In this document: in pieces, positions 48,156-58,242 of the stretch
Layout of the letters: the number at the start of each line of letters is the position of its first letter
Numbering within the stretch: position 1 is the first letter of the stretch
From: an uncultured archaeon
GTDB taxonomy: Archaea; Aenigmatarchaeota; Aenigmatarchaeia; CG10238-14
Assembly (NCBI GenBank): GCA_964392445.1
Contig: CAYMPD010000004.1
Span: 26,089 to 90,088, forward strand
Reading direction: 5' to 3'
DNA length: 64,000 bases
Notes under the pieces: generated by a model
Database searches by the model: none
Seen by the model: the letters and a program-made list of their open reading frames with translations, nothing else
What the model was told of the DNA's origin: nothing
Position numbers and translations under genes: made by a program

Positions 48156-50081
48156 CTAAATTCCTTTGTTTCTACCTTTCTTACCAATTCTCAATCTCTT
48201 TTCCAGTCTTCTAACCCTGCCTGAGAGAAATATAAGATAAAAAACGAGTGCTATAACAACCACCAAAAGAATGTTAACGTAATCTTCCTGGCTGATATCA
48301 AAGTCAAAATCAAACTTCCAGTCGATTGACCAATCAAATGAGGGTTGACCCATCTTCTCTTTGATTTCCAGATAAATATCATTAGTCTCTTCACTCAAGG
48401 TCAAAGTTTGCATAGCAAGTATAGCCTCACTCCGAGAATTATCTTTAACTCCACGGTAAATATTATAGTAGGAATTTTCAAGGTAAATTGTTCCTATGAG
48501 ATCTTGAGGTAAAGTTTGAGTTTGATTGAAGTCTGAATAAATTTCATTTATATTTTTGTTTACATAACTTGATCCGATATTTACCCGTATTTTAGCAGAT
48601 GTCGCATCATAAATACTTGTTATATACCATCCTCTTTCTAAGTTAGTTTTTGCAGCATCAAGATACCACATCACGTCCTCGATACCTTCATAACCCAGGG
48701 TTTGTTCGAGCAGTAATTGGTTATCCGCCTCTTTCACAACAGATTCAGCTCGTTCTTTGAATTTCTCCAAACATCCTGTCCCTGCAGTTTTATGAGCAGT
48801 TTTTTTCATGAAGTTCTTTGATATTTCCACCCATTCTCTTGCTGTGTTAATTTTGTAAAATACTTCTATAGGTGTTATCTGACCAGATATTGAATTGATT
48901 CTATTCTCGGCATAAGTAATTCTTTGTCTTGCAGCAACCGCCCATTCAAAGTTTTCAGGATCGCATATCATTTTGTTAGTTTTTTCAATTACTTCTTCTT
49001 TTGTTTCGTTTATCTCATTTTTTATTTCTTCCATCTTTTCATCCAAGAAATCATTTGATTCTCCAGAGTGATAGTAATCGATTAGATCACCAACAACATT
49101 CGTGGTTATTATTGATTTGAATGCTTCATTGGCAGAAGAGTAAGCATAACCTTGACCTTCGATTTCTTTAGCTCTTTCTAAATATTTTTTTGAATTTTCC
49201 ATTAATCTCCTTAAAGCCTGTTTGGTATCTTCTGGAATTTCAGAATTTTCCACTCTTCTTGAAACCTTTTCATATCTATCTTCTGCCCTTGTTAACTCAT
49301 CACTAACCATCCATGAAAAATCATTATAATCTTGAATAGGTGAGGTAAAACTTGGTAATGTTATATTATCTTCAAGTGGTTCTAAATCTCTTTCTTTTCT
49401 CTCAGGTATTACCCCAAAGGCATATTCCATTACTTCATCGATGTCAGAGACCTCATAAACATTCATTCCCCACTTCTCTTCAGCATATTCAGTTACATTA
49501 ACAGGAATTGGTTCAATAGTTTCAATATACCAACCAGGTTGTGGGACTCTTACTCTTCTTACATATTGATTTTGGATTGATTGACCCTCTGGGATTAAAA
49601 AAACAGTTATATCGTGTTCAGTGGCTGCTTGTGCTTTTACTAGAACCTCACCGACTTGGCCAATAGACCCATCTTCTTCAATAGTACCAGTCATGGCAAG
49701 GTTTCTACTCATTTCTTTCCCTTCAATTGCAGCAATAGTTGAAAGTGCCAAAGCGCCTCCAGCAGAAGGGCCATCAATAACATGAGCATTACTTGTGACT
49801 ATACTATAAATTATATCATAATCAGAAAAATCAAATCCAGTTTGTTCTGAGGCAACTTTAACTGCAATTCTTTCTGAGTTTTGGGTATATATTCCTTGAA
49901 GTGGTTTTGTGTCAACCAATACCCTTCCTTTACCGGGCTGTATTTCGACAGTAACATTACCCATTATACCCCTGCCGTGATTATCCACACCCACTACATT
50001 AATGAATGATTCATAGGTTCTAGCTGAGACTGAGAAAAACGTCAAAGTTATAATTGTCAAAGTTATTAGAATCCTTCTCAT
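48156..50081 (-). CDS. Membrane-anchored Lon-like (S16) serine protease
   Basis: IDGPSAGGAL (Ser), TGTIEEDGSIGQVGEVLVK (Lys); N-terminal signal and C-terminal TM; start moved to ATG 50081. Confidence 0.88.
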   Translation of the reverse strand: MRRILITLTIITLTFFSVSARTYESFINVVGVDNHGRGIMGNVTVEIQPGKGRVLVDTKPLQGIYTQNSERIAVKVASEQTGFDFSDYDIIYSIVTSNAHVIDGPSAGGALALSTIAAIEGKEMSRNLAMTGTIEEDGSIGQVGEVLVKAQAATEHDITVFLIPEGQSIQNQYVRRVRVPQPGWYIETIEPIPVNVTEYAEEKWGMNVYEVSDIDEVMEYAFGVIPERKERDLEPLEDNITLPSFTSPIQDYNDFSWMVSDELTRAEDRYEKVSRRVENSEIPEDTKQALRRLMENSKKYLERAKEIEGQGYAYSSANEAFKSIITTNVVGDLIDYYHSGESNDFLDEKMEEIKNEINETKEEVIEKTNKMICDPENFEWAVAARQRITYAENRINSISGQITPIEVFYKINTAREWVEISKNFMKKTAHKTAGTGCLEKFKERAESVVKEADNQLLLEQTLGYEGIEDVMWYLDAAKTNLERGWYITSIYDATSAKIRVNIGSSYVNKNINEIYSDFNQTQTLPQDLIGTIYLENSYYNIYRGVKDNSRSEAILAMQTLTLSEETNDIYLEIKEKMGQPSFDWSIDWKFDFDFDISQEDYVNILLVVVIALVFYLIFLSGRVRRLEKRLRIGKKGRNKGI

Positions 50082-50304
50082 AATACCACTATATAATAAA
50101 TAAGATTTAAAAATACCTCTTATTCTAATTAACAACTCGATAATACTAACTAGAAACTTGATTATCATTTAAATAATTAACCCAATCTCCATAGGAAATC
50201 CACATGAAATTAAGGTATATAATATCTATCTCCAAAGGAAATCCAATAGAAAAAAAGGTTCTGTACTATAGTAAATAATTTAAGTAGAACAAAGAAAATA
50301 ATAA

Positions 50305-50382
50305 TTGGAACTTAACTTATTCTGCCTGGAACTTTTTACTTTTAATTAGTTGGAACTAACTTTCGGAACTTGGAACTTATTC
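50305..50382. promoter_or_regulatory. Cluster of five GGAACT motifs upstream of ftsZ
   Basis: GGAACT starting at 50307, 50328, 50352, 50365 and 50372. Confidence 0.55.
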
Positions 50383-50461
50383 CTAATAATGATATTCGAG
50401 AATTGAATATTAAAAAATTTCGATAAAGAAAAATATAGGTTTAAAAAAATAGGAGGGTTAG

Positions 50462-51667
50462 ATGAAGATGAATTCGATAATTGAAAACGCTTTGAGAAAT
50501 TCTAACATGTCAGGTAGTGGGACAAATGGAGTTGTTAACCGTATGCAAAGTAACTCTAGTTCCAAAGTGTTAGAGGATAGATTTAAACTTCGGTCCTCAT
50601 CTGGTGCGACCACTAAAAATATGGACTATTTCAAACTTGCAGAAGAAGAATTTGGTTTCTCAATTAAGAAAGCAAGAATAGTAGTTTTTGGTTGTGGCGG
50701 TGCAGGACAGAATACCGTAACTCGACTGTCAGAAATGGGTGTTCAAGGAGCCACAACTGTTTCCTTAAATACTGATGCTAAACATTTGACAGTTGGAAAA
50801 GCTGATAAAAAAATCCTTATCGGTAAAGAACTTACAAGAGGTCTTGGAGCTGGAGGATATCCAGAAATAGGAAAGAAAGCAGCTGAAGAATCAAGAAATG
50901 AAATAAAAGCAGCTGTTGAAGGAACAGATCTCGCCTTTGTTTGTGTAGGTCAGGGGGGAGGAACAGGGACAGGTGCAGCGCCAGTTGTTGCAGAACTTGC
51001 AAAATCAGATGGTTCAATAGTAATTGGAGTTGCAACAATGCCTTTCAAGATAGAAGGTGCGAGGATTGCAAAAGCTGAGGAAGGTTTAGCCAAATTAAGG
51101 CAGGTTACTGACACAGTAATCGTAATCGAAAATGATAGGTTACTGAAATATGCAGGTAAACTTCCGTTGCAGCAAGCATTCGCAGTTGCAGATGAGTTGA
51201 TAGCAAGCATGGTAAAAGGAATAACAGAAACAATAACATTACCGTCTTTGGTCAACGTAGATTATGCAGATGTAAAAACCATTATGAGATCAGGTGGTGT
51301 TGCTGCATTAGGTGTTGGCGAAAGTAATAGTTCGGATAGAGCGATAGACGCAGTAACAAAATCATTGACAAATCCATTATTGGATGTTGACTACACTGGT
51401 GCACAAGGAGCATTAATCCACATAACTGGTGGAGATGACTTAACCTTGGATGAAGTAAATGCGATTGGTGAATGTGTTTCACAACATTTGGATCCATCCG
51501 CACAAGTAATCTGGGGAGCAAGAATTTTACCAGAGTTTGGTGGACAGATACAAGTAATAACAATAATGACAGGAGTTCAATCACCATATATATTGGGACC
51601 AATAGCTCGAGAGAGACCGGTTGTAAGAGAACTTGATCATGCTCTTGGGATTGATGTAATAAGATGA
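50462..51667 (+). CDS. ftsZ: Cell division protein FtsZ (FtsZ2-like C-terminus)
   Basis: GCGGAGQN, RGLGAGG, GGGTGTG, NVDYADV, ends GIDVIR. Confidence 0.96.
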   Translation: MKMNSIIENALRNSNMSGSGTNGVVNRMQSNSSSKVLEDRFKLRSSSGATTKNMDYFKLAEEEFGFSIKKARIVVFGCGGAGQNTVTRLSEMGVQGATTVSLNTDAKHLTVGKADKKILIGKELTRGLGAGGYPEIGKKAAEESRNEIKAAVEGTDLAFVCVGQGGGTGTGAAPVVAELAKSDGSIVIGVATMPFKIEGARIAKAEEGLAKLRQVTDTVIVIENDRLLKYAGKLPLQQAFAVADELIASMVKGITETITLPSLVNVDYADVKTIMRSGGVAALGVGESNSSDRAIDAVTKSLTNPLLDVDYTGAQGALIHITGGDDLTLDEVNAIGECVSQHLDPSAQVIWGARILPEFGGQIQVITIMTGVQSPYILGPIARERPVVRELDHALGIDVIR

Positions 51668-51669
51668 CC

Positions 51670-51708
51670 AGGGGACTTTTTCTATAGGAGACACCCCCTC
51701 CTTTTTTT
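51670..51708 (+). terminator. Hairpin plus T-tract after ftsZ
   Basis: agggg...cccct followed by ttttttt. Confidence 0.5.
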
Positions 51709-51730
51709 ATTTTTTTAGAAAAAGAACAAG

Positions 51731-51931
51731 GTGAAAACCATCAAAGATGAAGAAATAATACTCAATCTAATTAGGCAATGTTGCGAAGAAGAAGGGCATG
51801 CGGTCGAGAAAAAGGTATTTAGAATGGCACAGATACTAAATATACACCCTGAGAGGTATGAGAAGGTTAGGACAAAATTACTTGAGACCGGAAAAATAAA
51901 CAGAGATAGCGGCCAGATTTTCCTTTTATAA
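51731..51931 (+). CDS. 66-aa hypothetical, winged-helix-like
   Basis: Helical pattern ending KLLETGKI; GTG start. Confidence 0.6.
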   Translation: MKTIKDEEIILNLIRQCCEEEGHAVEKKVFRMAQILNIHPERYEKVRTKLLETGKINRDSGQIFLL

Positions 51932-51937
51932 TTTTTT

Positions 51938-54529
51938 TTATTTCATTTTTGCTACAGCAGATTCTCCTCCGTGCCAGGTCAACCTAGGTCTGATTTGTAC
52001 CTGATAAAGTCTTTCTGAATTGTCGTCTAATATTATTGCTGACCCTTTCCATTTGGGTAAAGAATCAATTGACTTTGTTAAATCTTCCAGAAGATAATTC
52101 TGCATTACAGCTTGCAAAGAGTTTAAGTCATCCTTGGATGTTAGTCTGTGAGAGATAACTAGGTCTGTCTGAGAAATAACTTCTTGATGAACCTTATTCG
52201 GCATCTGGGTCATTGGTACAAAACTTATTCCGGGTTGTCTTCCTTGCTTTACGATGTTCAAAAGTGGTCGAGAGGAAACTGTGACTTCGTTTGCTGGGAC
52301 AAATTGGTGTGCCTCGTCTATTATCAACCAAACCATAGGATATCTTTTATCGAGTTTTATTTCTCCCATTCTTGCAAGCTCTTCTTGCTTTCTTGCGATC
52401 ACTCTGTGTTCGTATATTTTTCTGCAAATTAACGCAACTAGTAGATTTCTTACTGACCAAGCTTCGGTTGCTCTAAGTCTTGAGACGTCGAAAACATTTA
52501 TTGTACCCGGTTTAGCAATCTTACCTATTTCTATTCCTTCTTCCCCAAATACTCCCCATTGATCTGCAATAGTTAGCATATTTTCCAAGGATGATTTTAC
52601 GTGTGTATCCAATAACCGGTCGTCTTTTACCTTGCTTATCATCTCATTTATGCTGAACTTATCTCCTGAATCTTGAAGTCGATTAACTATTTTTTGTAAT
52701 CCTAGCCCTATCGGGTTGGTTGATGGTAGGTTGAATGCTAATGTCCAGTCTTCTGCTGTGAACTCGTGAGGTGCTATCGAGATTCCAAAATCAACTGGCA
52801 CTTCTGAGTCTAGGAATTCTTGTTTTTGCTTGTAGGGAACATAAGTTTGAACTTTGTCTTTTAGTCCCTTTGGTTTCAGATCCCATTCGTCGAGTAGAAC
52901 CAATTGATCCTCATTCGGGTATTTCATACTCCAATAAATTCCCATTGTATCGATCATAATAGCTGATAAGTTTTGGGATAATTCTTCTGGAAGTAGTGCC
53001 ATTTCTTCGGCGAAGACCCCACCGGAGTAACTGTTATGGACAACAATATCATTTGCGACAAAATTATGATATCCGGGGATTGTAATGTCACATACTGTGA
53101 ATTCACCTTCAAGTTCGTTTATCTCCACAATTTCATCCCAGAATATATCAGATTTTGCAAGTAACTGGAGTTGATAATTGTTTTCTGCTATTGCTATTTT
53201 TTCGAGCTTTTCTCTTGAAGGGGAATAATGTATACTTGTTCTCATACCTTTGGGTATTGAATATCCTAGTTTTCTTCCAATTTCTGCCCAGTTTTTAGGC
53301 CTAAATATATCCCATATTTCTTTGGGTATTGTGTCTACATTTGGATTTCTCTTTATTTTCTTTGCCTCTTCTAGAGCTAACTTTTGTTTGCCTTCCTTTT
53401 TACCAAAGAATCCTATGTTTTTGATGAATTTGATAACTTCAATACCACTCAAAACTAGACCGTAGTGTGGAAAAATTTTCCCATTACATTTAACTTTCCT
53501 TTCTCTTAACTTACTCAATATTCCAAACCTTAATAAAAGGTGTTGTACTTGATGTATTAGTTTTTCGGATGACGAGGAATATGATATTTGCCAGGTATAA
53601 CTTTTACCAGCTTTTTTTCTATAAATACTACCATCACAACTGAACAGACGATTCAAAAATATTGAAAGTTGGTATTTTGGTAATTGGAATACCTCTTTCG
53701 GTATTGTTTTTTCCGATGACAATTTACCATAAACCCCGAGATCATTCAACCATAATCTCATTGAACTCTTCTTCTGAGGTACATTAGTACCTTCTGCAAA
53801 TCTTCCTTTATCATCCCTTATTATTTTTTCAATTCTTGCTTCTCTATATTTCTTGGAAACTCTATAACAAGATTTTCTACTATGAGTTTCTATTTTAAGA
53901 CTATCATCAAATTCACGGACGGACTTTTTGAATTCATCTACTATGTCTTTATCCTTATTAGCGAAAAGAACGAAGTTATTTGACAGATGGCCCTCGGCTA
54001 TGAGGTAAGCGAGTAATTTAACATTATGTTCTTTCATTGATTTGTTTCCAAATGATTTGATTTGTCTCGGAGTTGCTATTCTACTACCTCCCTCCAATTC
54101 CTGAACTTCTTTCCAACCTTTGATTGTAAGTAAAGGATGTTCAGGGGTAAGTTTAATTTTCTTACCACTCTTGAGTTTTATTTCTAATAATCGCTTAACT
54201 TTTCTTTCAAAGAAATCAGTTCTCCTCAATTCCGATATTTTGAGTTTGTTATTCAATCCGTAAACTCTTTCTCTCCTTTCTTTCAATTTTTTAATGGGTA
54301 TAACTGTCCCATCATTAAGTGTAATTAACGTATTTTCCTCAAGACATTTTCCAGAACCTCTCTTACCAGCAACCAAAACAACATGAGGCCTCAAAAAATC
54401 GAACATGACTTTGTTTGTCAGATGGGCTTCATCGCCCTTACCCACGATATGCTTGCCTATGTAACCACAACCTTCTGTTCCGAAAGCTTTCAGGTCTTTT
54501 GGGGATCGTCCGGTGACTATCTCATACAT
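51938..54529 (-). CDS. HerA/DUF87-like P-loop ATPase containing an intein
   Basis: GKRGSGK|S Walker A split by the intein, IIDEAHQF Walker B, GRQPG; start moved to ATG 54529. Confidence 0.88.
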   Translation of the reverse strand: MYEIVTGRSPKDLKAFGTEGCGYIGKHIVGKGDEAHLTNKVMFDFLRPHVVLVAGKRGSGKCLEENTLITLNDGTVIPIKKLKERRERVYGLNNKLKISELRRTDFFERKVKRLLEIKLKSGKKIKLTPEHPLLTIKGWKEVQELEGGSRIATPRQIKSFGNKSMKEHNVKLLAYLIAEGHLSNNFVLFANKDKDIVDEFKKSVREFDDSLKIETHSRKSCYRVSKKYREARIEKIIRDDKGRFAEGTNVPQKKSSMRLWLNDLGVYGKLSSEKTIPKEVFQLPKYQLSIFLNRLFSCDGSIYRKKAGKSYTWQISYSSSSEKLIHQVQHLLLRFGILSKLRERKVKCNGKIFPHYGLVLSGIEVIKFIKNIGFFGKKEGKQKLALEEAKKIKRNPNVDTIPKEIWDIFRPKNWAEIGRKLGYSIPKGMRTSIHYSPSREKLEKIAIAENNYQLQLLAKSDIFWDEIVEINELEGEFTVCDITIPGYHNFVANDIVVHNSYSGGVFAEEMALLPEELSQNLSAIMIDTMGIYWSMKYPNEDQLVLLDEWDLKPKGLKDKVQTYVPYKQKQEFLDSEVPVDFGISIAPHEFTAEDWTLAFNLPSTNPIGLGLQKIVNRLQDSGDKFSINEMISKVKDDRLLDTHVKSSLENMLTIADQWGVFGEEGIEIGKIAKPGTINVFDVSRLRATEAWSVRNLLVALICRKIYEHRVIARKQEELARMGEIKLDKRYPMVWLIIDEAHQFVPANEVTVSSRPLLNIVKQGRQPGISFVPMTQMPNKVHQEVISQTDLVISHRLTSKDDLNSLQAVMQNYLLEDLTKSIDSLPKWKGSAIILDDNSERLYQVQIRPRLTWHGGESAVAKMK
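53033..54346 (-). mobile_element. Intein (438 aa) with a LAGLIDADG homing endonuclease
   Basis: Begins CLEENT, block B LTPEHP, LAYLIAEG and LFSCDGS motifs, ends VVHN followed by Ser+1. Confidence 0.93.
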
Positions 54530-54668
54530 AGATAAGAATTGGGTTCTTGAGTAAAAAAAGATTTGATGGAATTTTGTATCTAAAAACACCCTTCGAAAAT
54601 GAAGAAAACAAAAAAACCAATATGGAAGATATACCCATCTAGATTAACTTCTATTCTGAATATTTTTG

Positions 54669-54887
54669 TCATTTTTTCTTTTCATCTGGTGCTTTTGTTC
54701 TTTCAAAACAATCAAAACCACTATATGGTTCCAAGTAATGTCTATGTGGAATTCCTCTTAGGTGATATGATTTATGTCGAACACGTTCAGCAATAAGGGC
54801 ACCTACCAATAAAACACAATATCCTGCTATCGCTAGATTTTCATTTCTTCTCTCTAAATTTTCAAGAAAATTTACGGTTCTTTCCAT
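54669..54887 (-). CDS. Hypothetical small protein
   Basis: 72 aa ORF next to tRNA-Gly. Confidence 0.4.
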   Translation of the reverse strand: MERTVNFLENLERRNENLAIAGYCVLLVGALIAERVRHKSYHLRGIPHRHYLEPYSGFDCFERTKAPDEKKK

Positions 54888-54935
54888 GACATTATTTTAT
54901 ACAAGAAATCTTAAATTTCTAATTCAAAAAAATGA

Positions 54936-55009
54936 TGCGCCGGGCGGGATTTGAACCCACCTCACTGGCTTGGAAGGCCAGGGTCTTAACCAGGCTGGAC
55001 TACCGGCGC
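54936..55009 (-). tRNA. tRNA-Gly(TCC)
   Basis: GCGCCGG/CCGGCGC, CTGGC-CT-TCC-AA-GCCAG, GTTCAAAT. Confidence 0.94.
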
Positions 55010-55018
55010 AAAACAATA

Positions 55019-55501
55019 TTACCTCTTATAACCAATCTTCCTTAAAAACTCTTTTCTCCATTTTATTCCCTTTTCATCTTCAATTCCTTTAGGTTTCTCC
55101 CCATCTATTACTCCCATCACTCCTCGTCCTTGATCAGTCTCTGCAATTATCACTTGAACTGGATTTGCGGTTGTACAAAATATACTACAGACCTCTTGAA
55201 CACTCTTTATTCGTGGTAAAACATTAATAGGATAAGCATCACGCATAAAAACAATAAACACATGACCTGCACCTATTTCCAGCATTTTGTTCGCGGCTCT
55301 TTCTTTTAAATCATCATCATTCCCTTCTACCCGAATTAATCTTTCTCCTGAAGATTCACAAAAAGCTAATCCAAACTTAACCCCAGGAACAGTTCCTACC
55401 ATTACTTCATAAATATCTTCCACTGTTTTGATAAAATGTGATTGGCCTAGTATCATATTTACCCCTTCTTGGGGTTCTATCTTAACAATCTTAGTTTCCA
55501 T
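55019..55501 (-). CDS. DUF355 / adenosine-specific kinase family
   Basis: NMILGQSHFIKTVEDI, AFCESSG, TANPVQVI, GRGVMGVIDG. Confidence 0.9.
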   Translation of the reverse strand: METKIVKIEPQEGVNMILGQSHFIKTVEDIYEVMVGTVPGVKFGLAFCESSGERLIRVEGNDDDLKERAANKMLEIGAGHVFIVFMRDAYPINVLPRIKSVQEVCSIFCTTANPVQVIIAETDQGRGVMGVIDGEKPKGIEDEKGIKWRKEFLRKIGYKR

Positions 55502-55519
55502 TAATTCTCACCTTAGTAT

Positions 55520-56473
55520 TTATCTAACTACATTTTCTAAAATTTCTATTGTTTTATTTGTTGCATCTACTCTACCCTTACCTCCTATAGGTATTGGGAA
55601 CATACGTGAAAAATGTCCAAAATCTTCTGTTTTTAATATTGGAAAATTATACTCTTTTAGTTCATCCAAAAACAGCTCTTTTAATGGTTTATTCCAGGTC
55701 TCATGTTTTTTATCAAGACAGTCATAAAATTTACCGAGCAAAAGTCCATCAATCTCATCAAAAATCCCTGCTTGTTTTAAATGTGTAAGAGCTACGTTTA
55801 TTTCTTGGGGACTTTCAGAAAGTTGTTCTAATATTAATATTTTATCCTTGAATTCTGGTTCGAATGGAGTTCCTATCAGTTTTCTAAAATCTGTTAAACA
55901 CCCACCAACAAACTCACCTTCTGCTATACCTCCTCTCCAAGTTTCCCTTTTTGATGATGCTTCTATAAAACCAGGGATTTCATTGTCCATTAGAATTTTC
56001 TTGAAATATTTCAAATCATATTCATCACTAAACCATTTCCAATTAGGATCAAAAGAACAAATATGATGACCATAAAAAGTTATTAGATTAGTTTTTTTGT
56101 TTATAGAATTTAGTAAAACAGTAGGATCACTATAACCCATTATTATCTTGGGATTATTCTTAATTTTATCAAAGTCTATCAAAGGAAGGATTTGATGAGC
56201 ATTTTCACCACCCATGGTAGTTATTATAGCGTCAATATTGGGATCTTCAAGAAGTTCCATGAAATCAGAAGCCCTTTGTTCTGGGGTACCAGCAGTATAG
56301 TAAGTTTTTTTAAAAATATTTTTTGCAGTGACTACATTAAATCCCAGTCTCTCTAATTTACTAATACCATTTTTTAACCATGTATTAATGTCCTCTCTGA
56401 TAGGATTAGAAGCAGTAAATGTACCTATAGTGTCTTCTTTTTCCAATTTTTTGGGTTTTATTTTAGAGCTCAT
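55520..56473 (-). CDS. S66 LD-carboxypeptidase / MccF-like peptidase
   Basis: MGYSDPT (Ser), ILILEQ (Glu), FGH (His). Confidence 0.9.
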   Translation of the reverse strand: MSSKIKPKKLEKEDTIGTFTASNPIREDINTWLKNGISKLERLGFNVVTAKNIFKKTYYTAGTPEQRASDFMELLEDPNIDAIITTMGGENAHQILPLIDFDKIKNNPKIIMGYSDPTVLLNSINKKTNLITFYGHHICSFDPNWKWFSDEYDLKYFKKILMDNEIPGFIEASSKRETWRGGIAEGEFVGGCLTDFRKLIGTPFEPEFKDKILILEQLSESPQEINVALTHLKQAGIFDEIDGLLLGKFYDCLDKKHETWNKPLKELFLDELKEYNFPILKTEDFGHFSRMFPIPIGGKGRVDATNKTIEILENVVR

Positions 56474-57021
56474 GGCATCTCCCAGTTCTCCTTCCTCCAG
56501 AAGTCCTTTTCTTCTTCTTTTTTCTTCGTCTCTTGAACCTCTTCCTCTGTTTTTGGTTTAGCCTCTTTTTTCTTTACCGGAACTTCTTTGATAACTTCAA
56601 CTACTTCTTTCTTTTTTGGTTCCCAGTCAACATTCACAGACTTAATTTTACTCATAAGATCATTTAACTCCCCTTCATTCGTTTCAATTGGTTGATTTTC
56701 ACCGAGTGGTATTTGATCTTCGTAAACTGGGTAAACCCGGATATGAAAATGGGGAACCTTTGCTTGGATCACTGAGAAGAACACTGTTAATGGTTCTAGT
56801 GCTTTTTTAATTTTTTCACCTACTATCAGTGCTGCGTCAAAAACCTTGGAAGAAGTGTCAAAATCATCGTCAAAAAACGTGTAATGTTCTTTTGGTACAA
56901 CCAGACACATGCCTTTACTTCTGGGCATAGCATCAAGAAAAGCCACACAGATATCGTCTTCATAAACAACCTTGGTTGGTATTTCCTTTCTAACTAATTT
57001 ACAGAATATACAATCGTTCAT
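56470..57021 (-). CDS. HIT family nucleotide hydrolase (HxHxR variant)
   Basis: DCIFCK, VVYEDD, LVVPKEH, VPHFHIRVYP. Confidence 0.88.
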   Translation of the reverse strand: MNDCIFCKLVRKEIPTKVVYEDDICVAFLDAMPRSKGMCLVVPKEHYTFFDDDFDTSSKVFDAALIVGEKIKKALEPLTVFFSVIQAKVPHFHIRVYPVYEDQIPLGENQPIETNEGELNDLMSKIKSVNVDWEPKKKEVVEVIKEVPVKKKEAKPKTEEEVQETKKKEEEKDFWRKENWEMP

Positions 57022-57113
57022 CTAATCACTTTAATAGATTTGTTGGAGGAAAGTTAAAAAGATTGAGGATTTTACTTAAGTAGAATTAGATAATATTCCA
57101 AGATTGGTCTTTC

Positions 57114-57941
57114 CTATTTTATTCCTGTAACTTTATTATAAACTTCCATAACGCACCAGAATTCATCTTTTGTTAGACGAGCTAAATTATATAAATTCCT
57201 TTCTTCACTTACTAAACCATGCAGTTCTGCCATTCTTTCTTTTTTTGATAAATATCTAGCCGGTTGATTGGGTCCGAACAATTCCCAATCTGTAAATAAA
57301 ATATCACATCCCTCCCCTCTACATCTTGGAGGTAGCTCAAGTTCTTCTAAACCTAAGAAAACATTTCCAGTGTTTATATCTCCGTGTAAAATTCCCCTTT
57401 CACTTGATTTTCCATGTAATCTGGCAAGTTGAAATGCCAAAGCTCTCAAAACATCCTCAATAGAAATTCTATGTGAAAAACTATCCCGAGTATATAAATA
57501 ATTATCCATGAATATACCCTCGCCCAAATATTTGTATATAAGCCAAGCATCTCTTCTTCCTAATAAGCCTCCCAGAAAATAAGGAGCGTTTGTACCTACA
57601 CCCCTATTAAATGCCCTTCTAGCCGAATAAATTTCATTTTTTACACGTTGATGGAGCTTACGTCTCCTTTCTCTAGTGGAGGTACCCCACATTACCTCAT
57701 ATTTCGTACTCCCTGAAACCCTTTTAACTGCCAATCTACCCGAATTTCCAAAAGGATCTACAGTGAGCTCATAAACCATGGAACGGTCAGTTTTATGTAT
57801 GAGACTTACGTATCGGCTTTGAGTTAATTCTATCATATATTCTATTGGATCTAAGGCGAAATTCTCTAATGAAAAATCTTTCGTTTGAAACAAAGTACCA
57901 TAAGGGAGGGAGGATTTTGAAATTCTAGGCAAACGACTCAT
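57114..57941 (-). CDS. Atypical protein/small-molecule kinase (Kdo/Bud32-like)
   Basis: LAVKR, HGDINTGN, FTDWE. Confidence 0.75.
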   Translation of the reverse strand: MSRLPRISKSSLPYGTLFQTKDFSLENFALDPIEYMIELTQSRYVSLIHKTDRSMVYELTVDPFGNSGRLAVKRVSGSTKYEVMWGTSTRERRRKLHQRVKNEIYSARRAFNRGVGTNAPYFLGGLLGRRDAWLIYKYLGEGIFMDNYLYTRDSFSHRISIEDVLRALAFQLARLHGKSSERGILHGDINTGNVFLGLEELELPPRCRGEGCDILFTDWELFGPNQPARYLSKKERMAELHGLVSEERNLYNLARLTKDEFWCVMEVYNKVTGIK

Positions 57942-58242
57942 ATAAAACTAAATACATCTAAATTTTAAATATTCGTTTTATTATCTAAAATGAAACAATA
58001 AGACAATAAGAGAATCAAGGGAAAATGTTCTTTAGAGGTTTTCGATTTTTATTGACACAGAAATTTCATAAATTTATTATAATTGAATATAAATGCTTGA
58101 TAAGGTAAAAATAAACCTTTAAGAATTTTTCAAGGCTCTATTTCACCAAAGAAACCTTTTTTTGAAATACAGAACAATCCTAAAGCACTTAAGTAATAAC
58201 CTTTATAAACTTTCTTATATAATTCATAAGGAGTGATAATTA

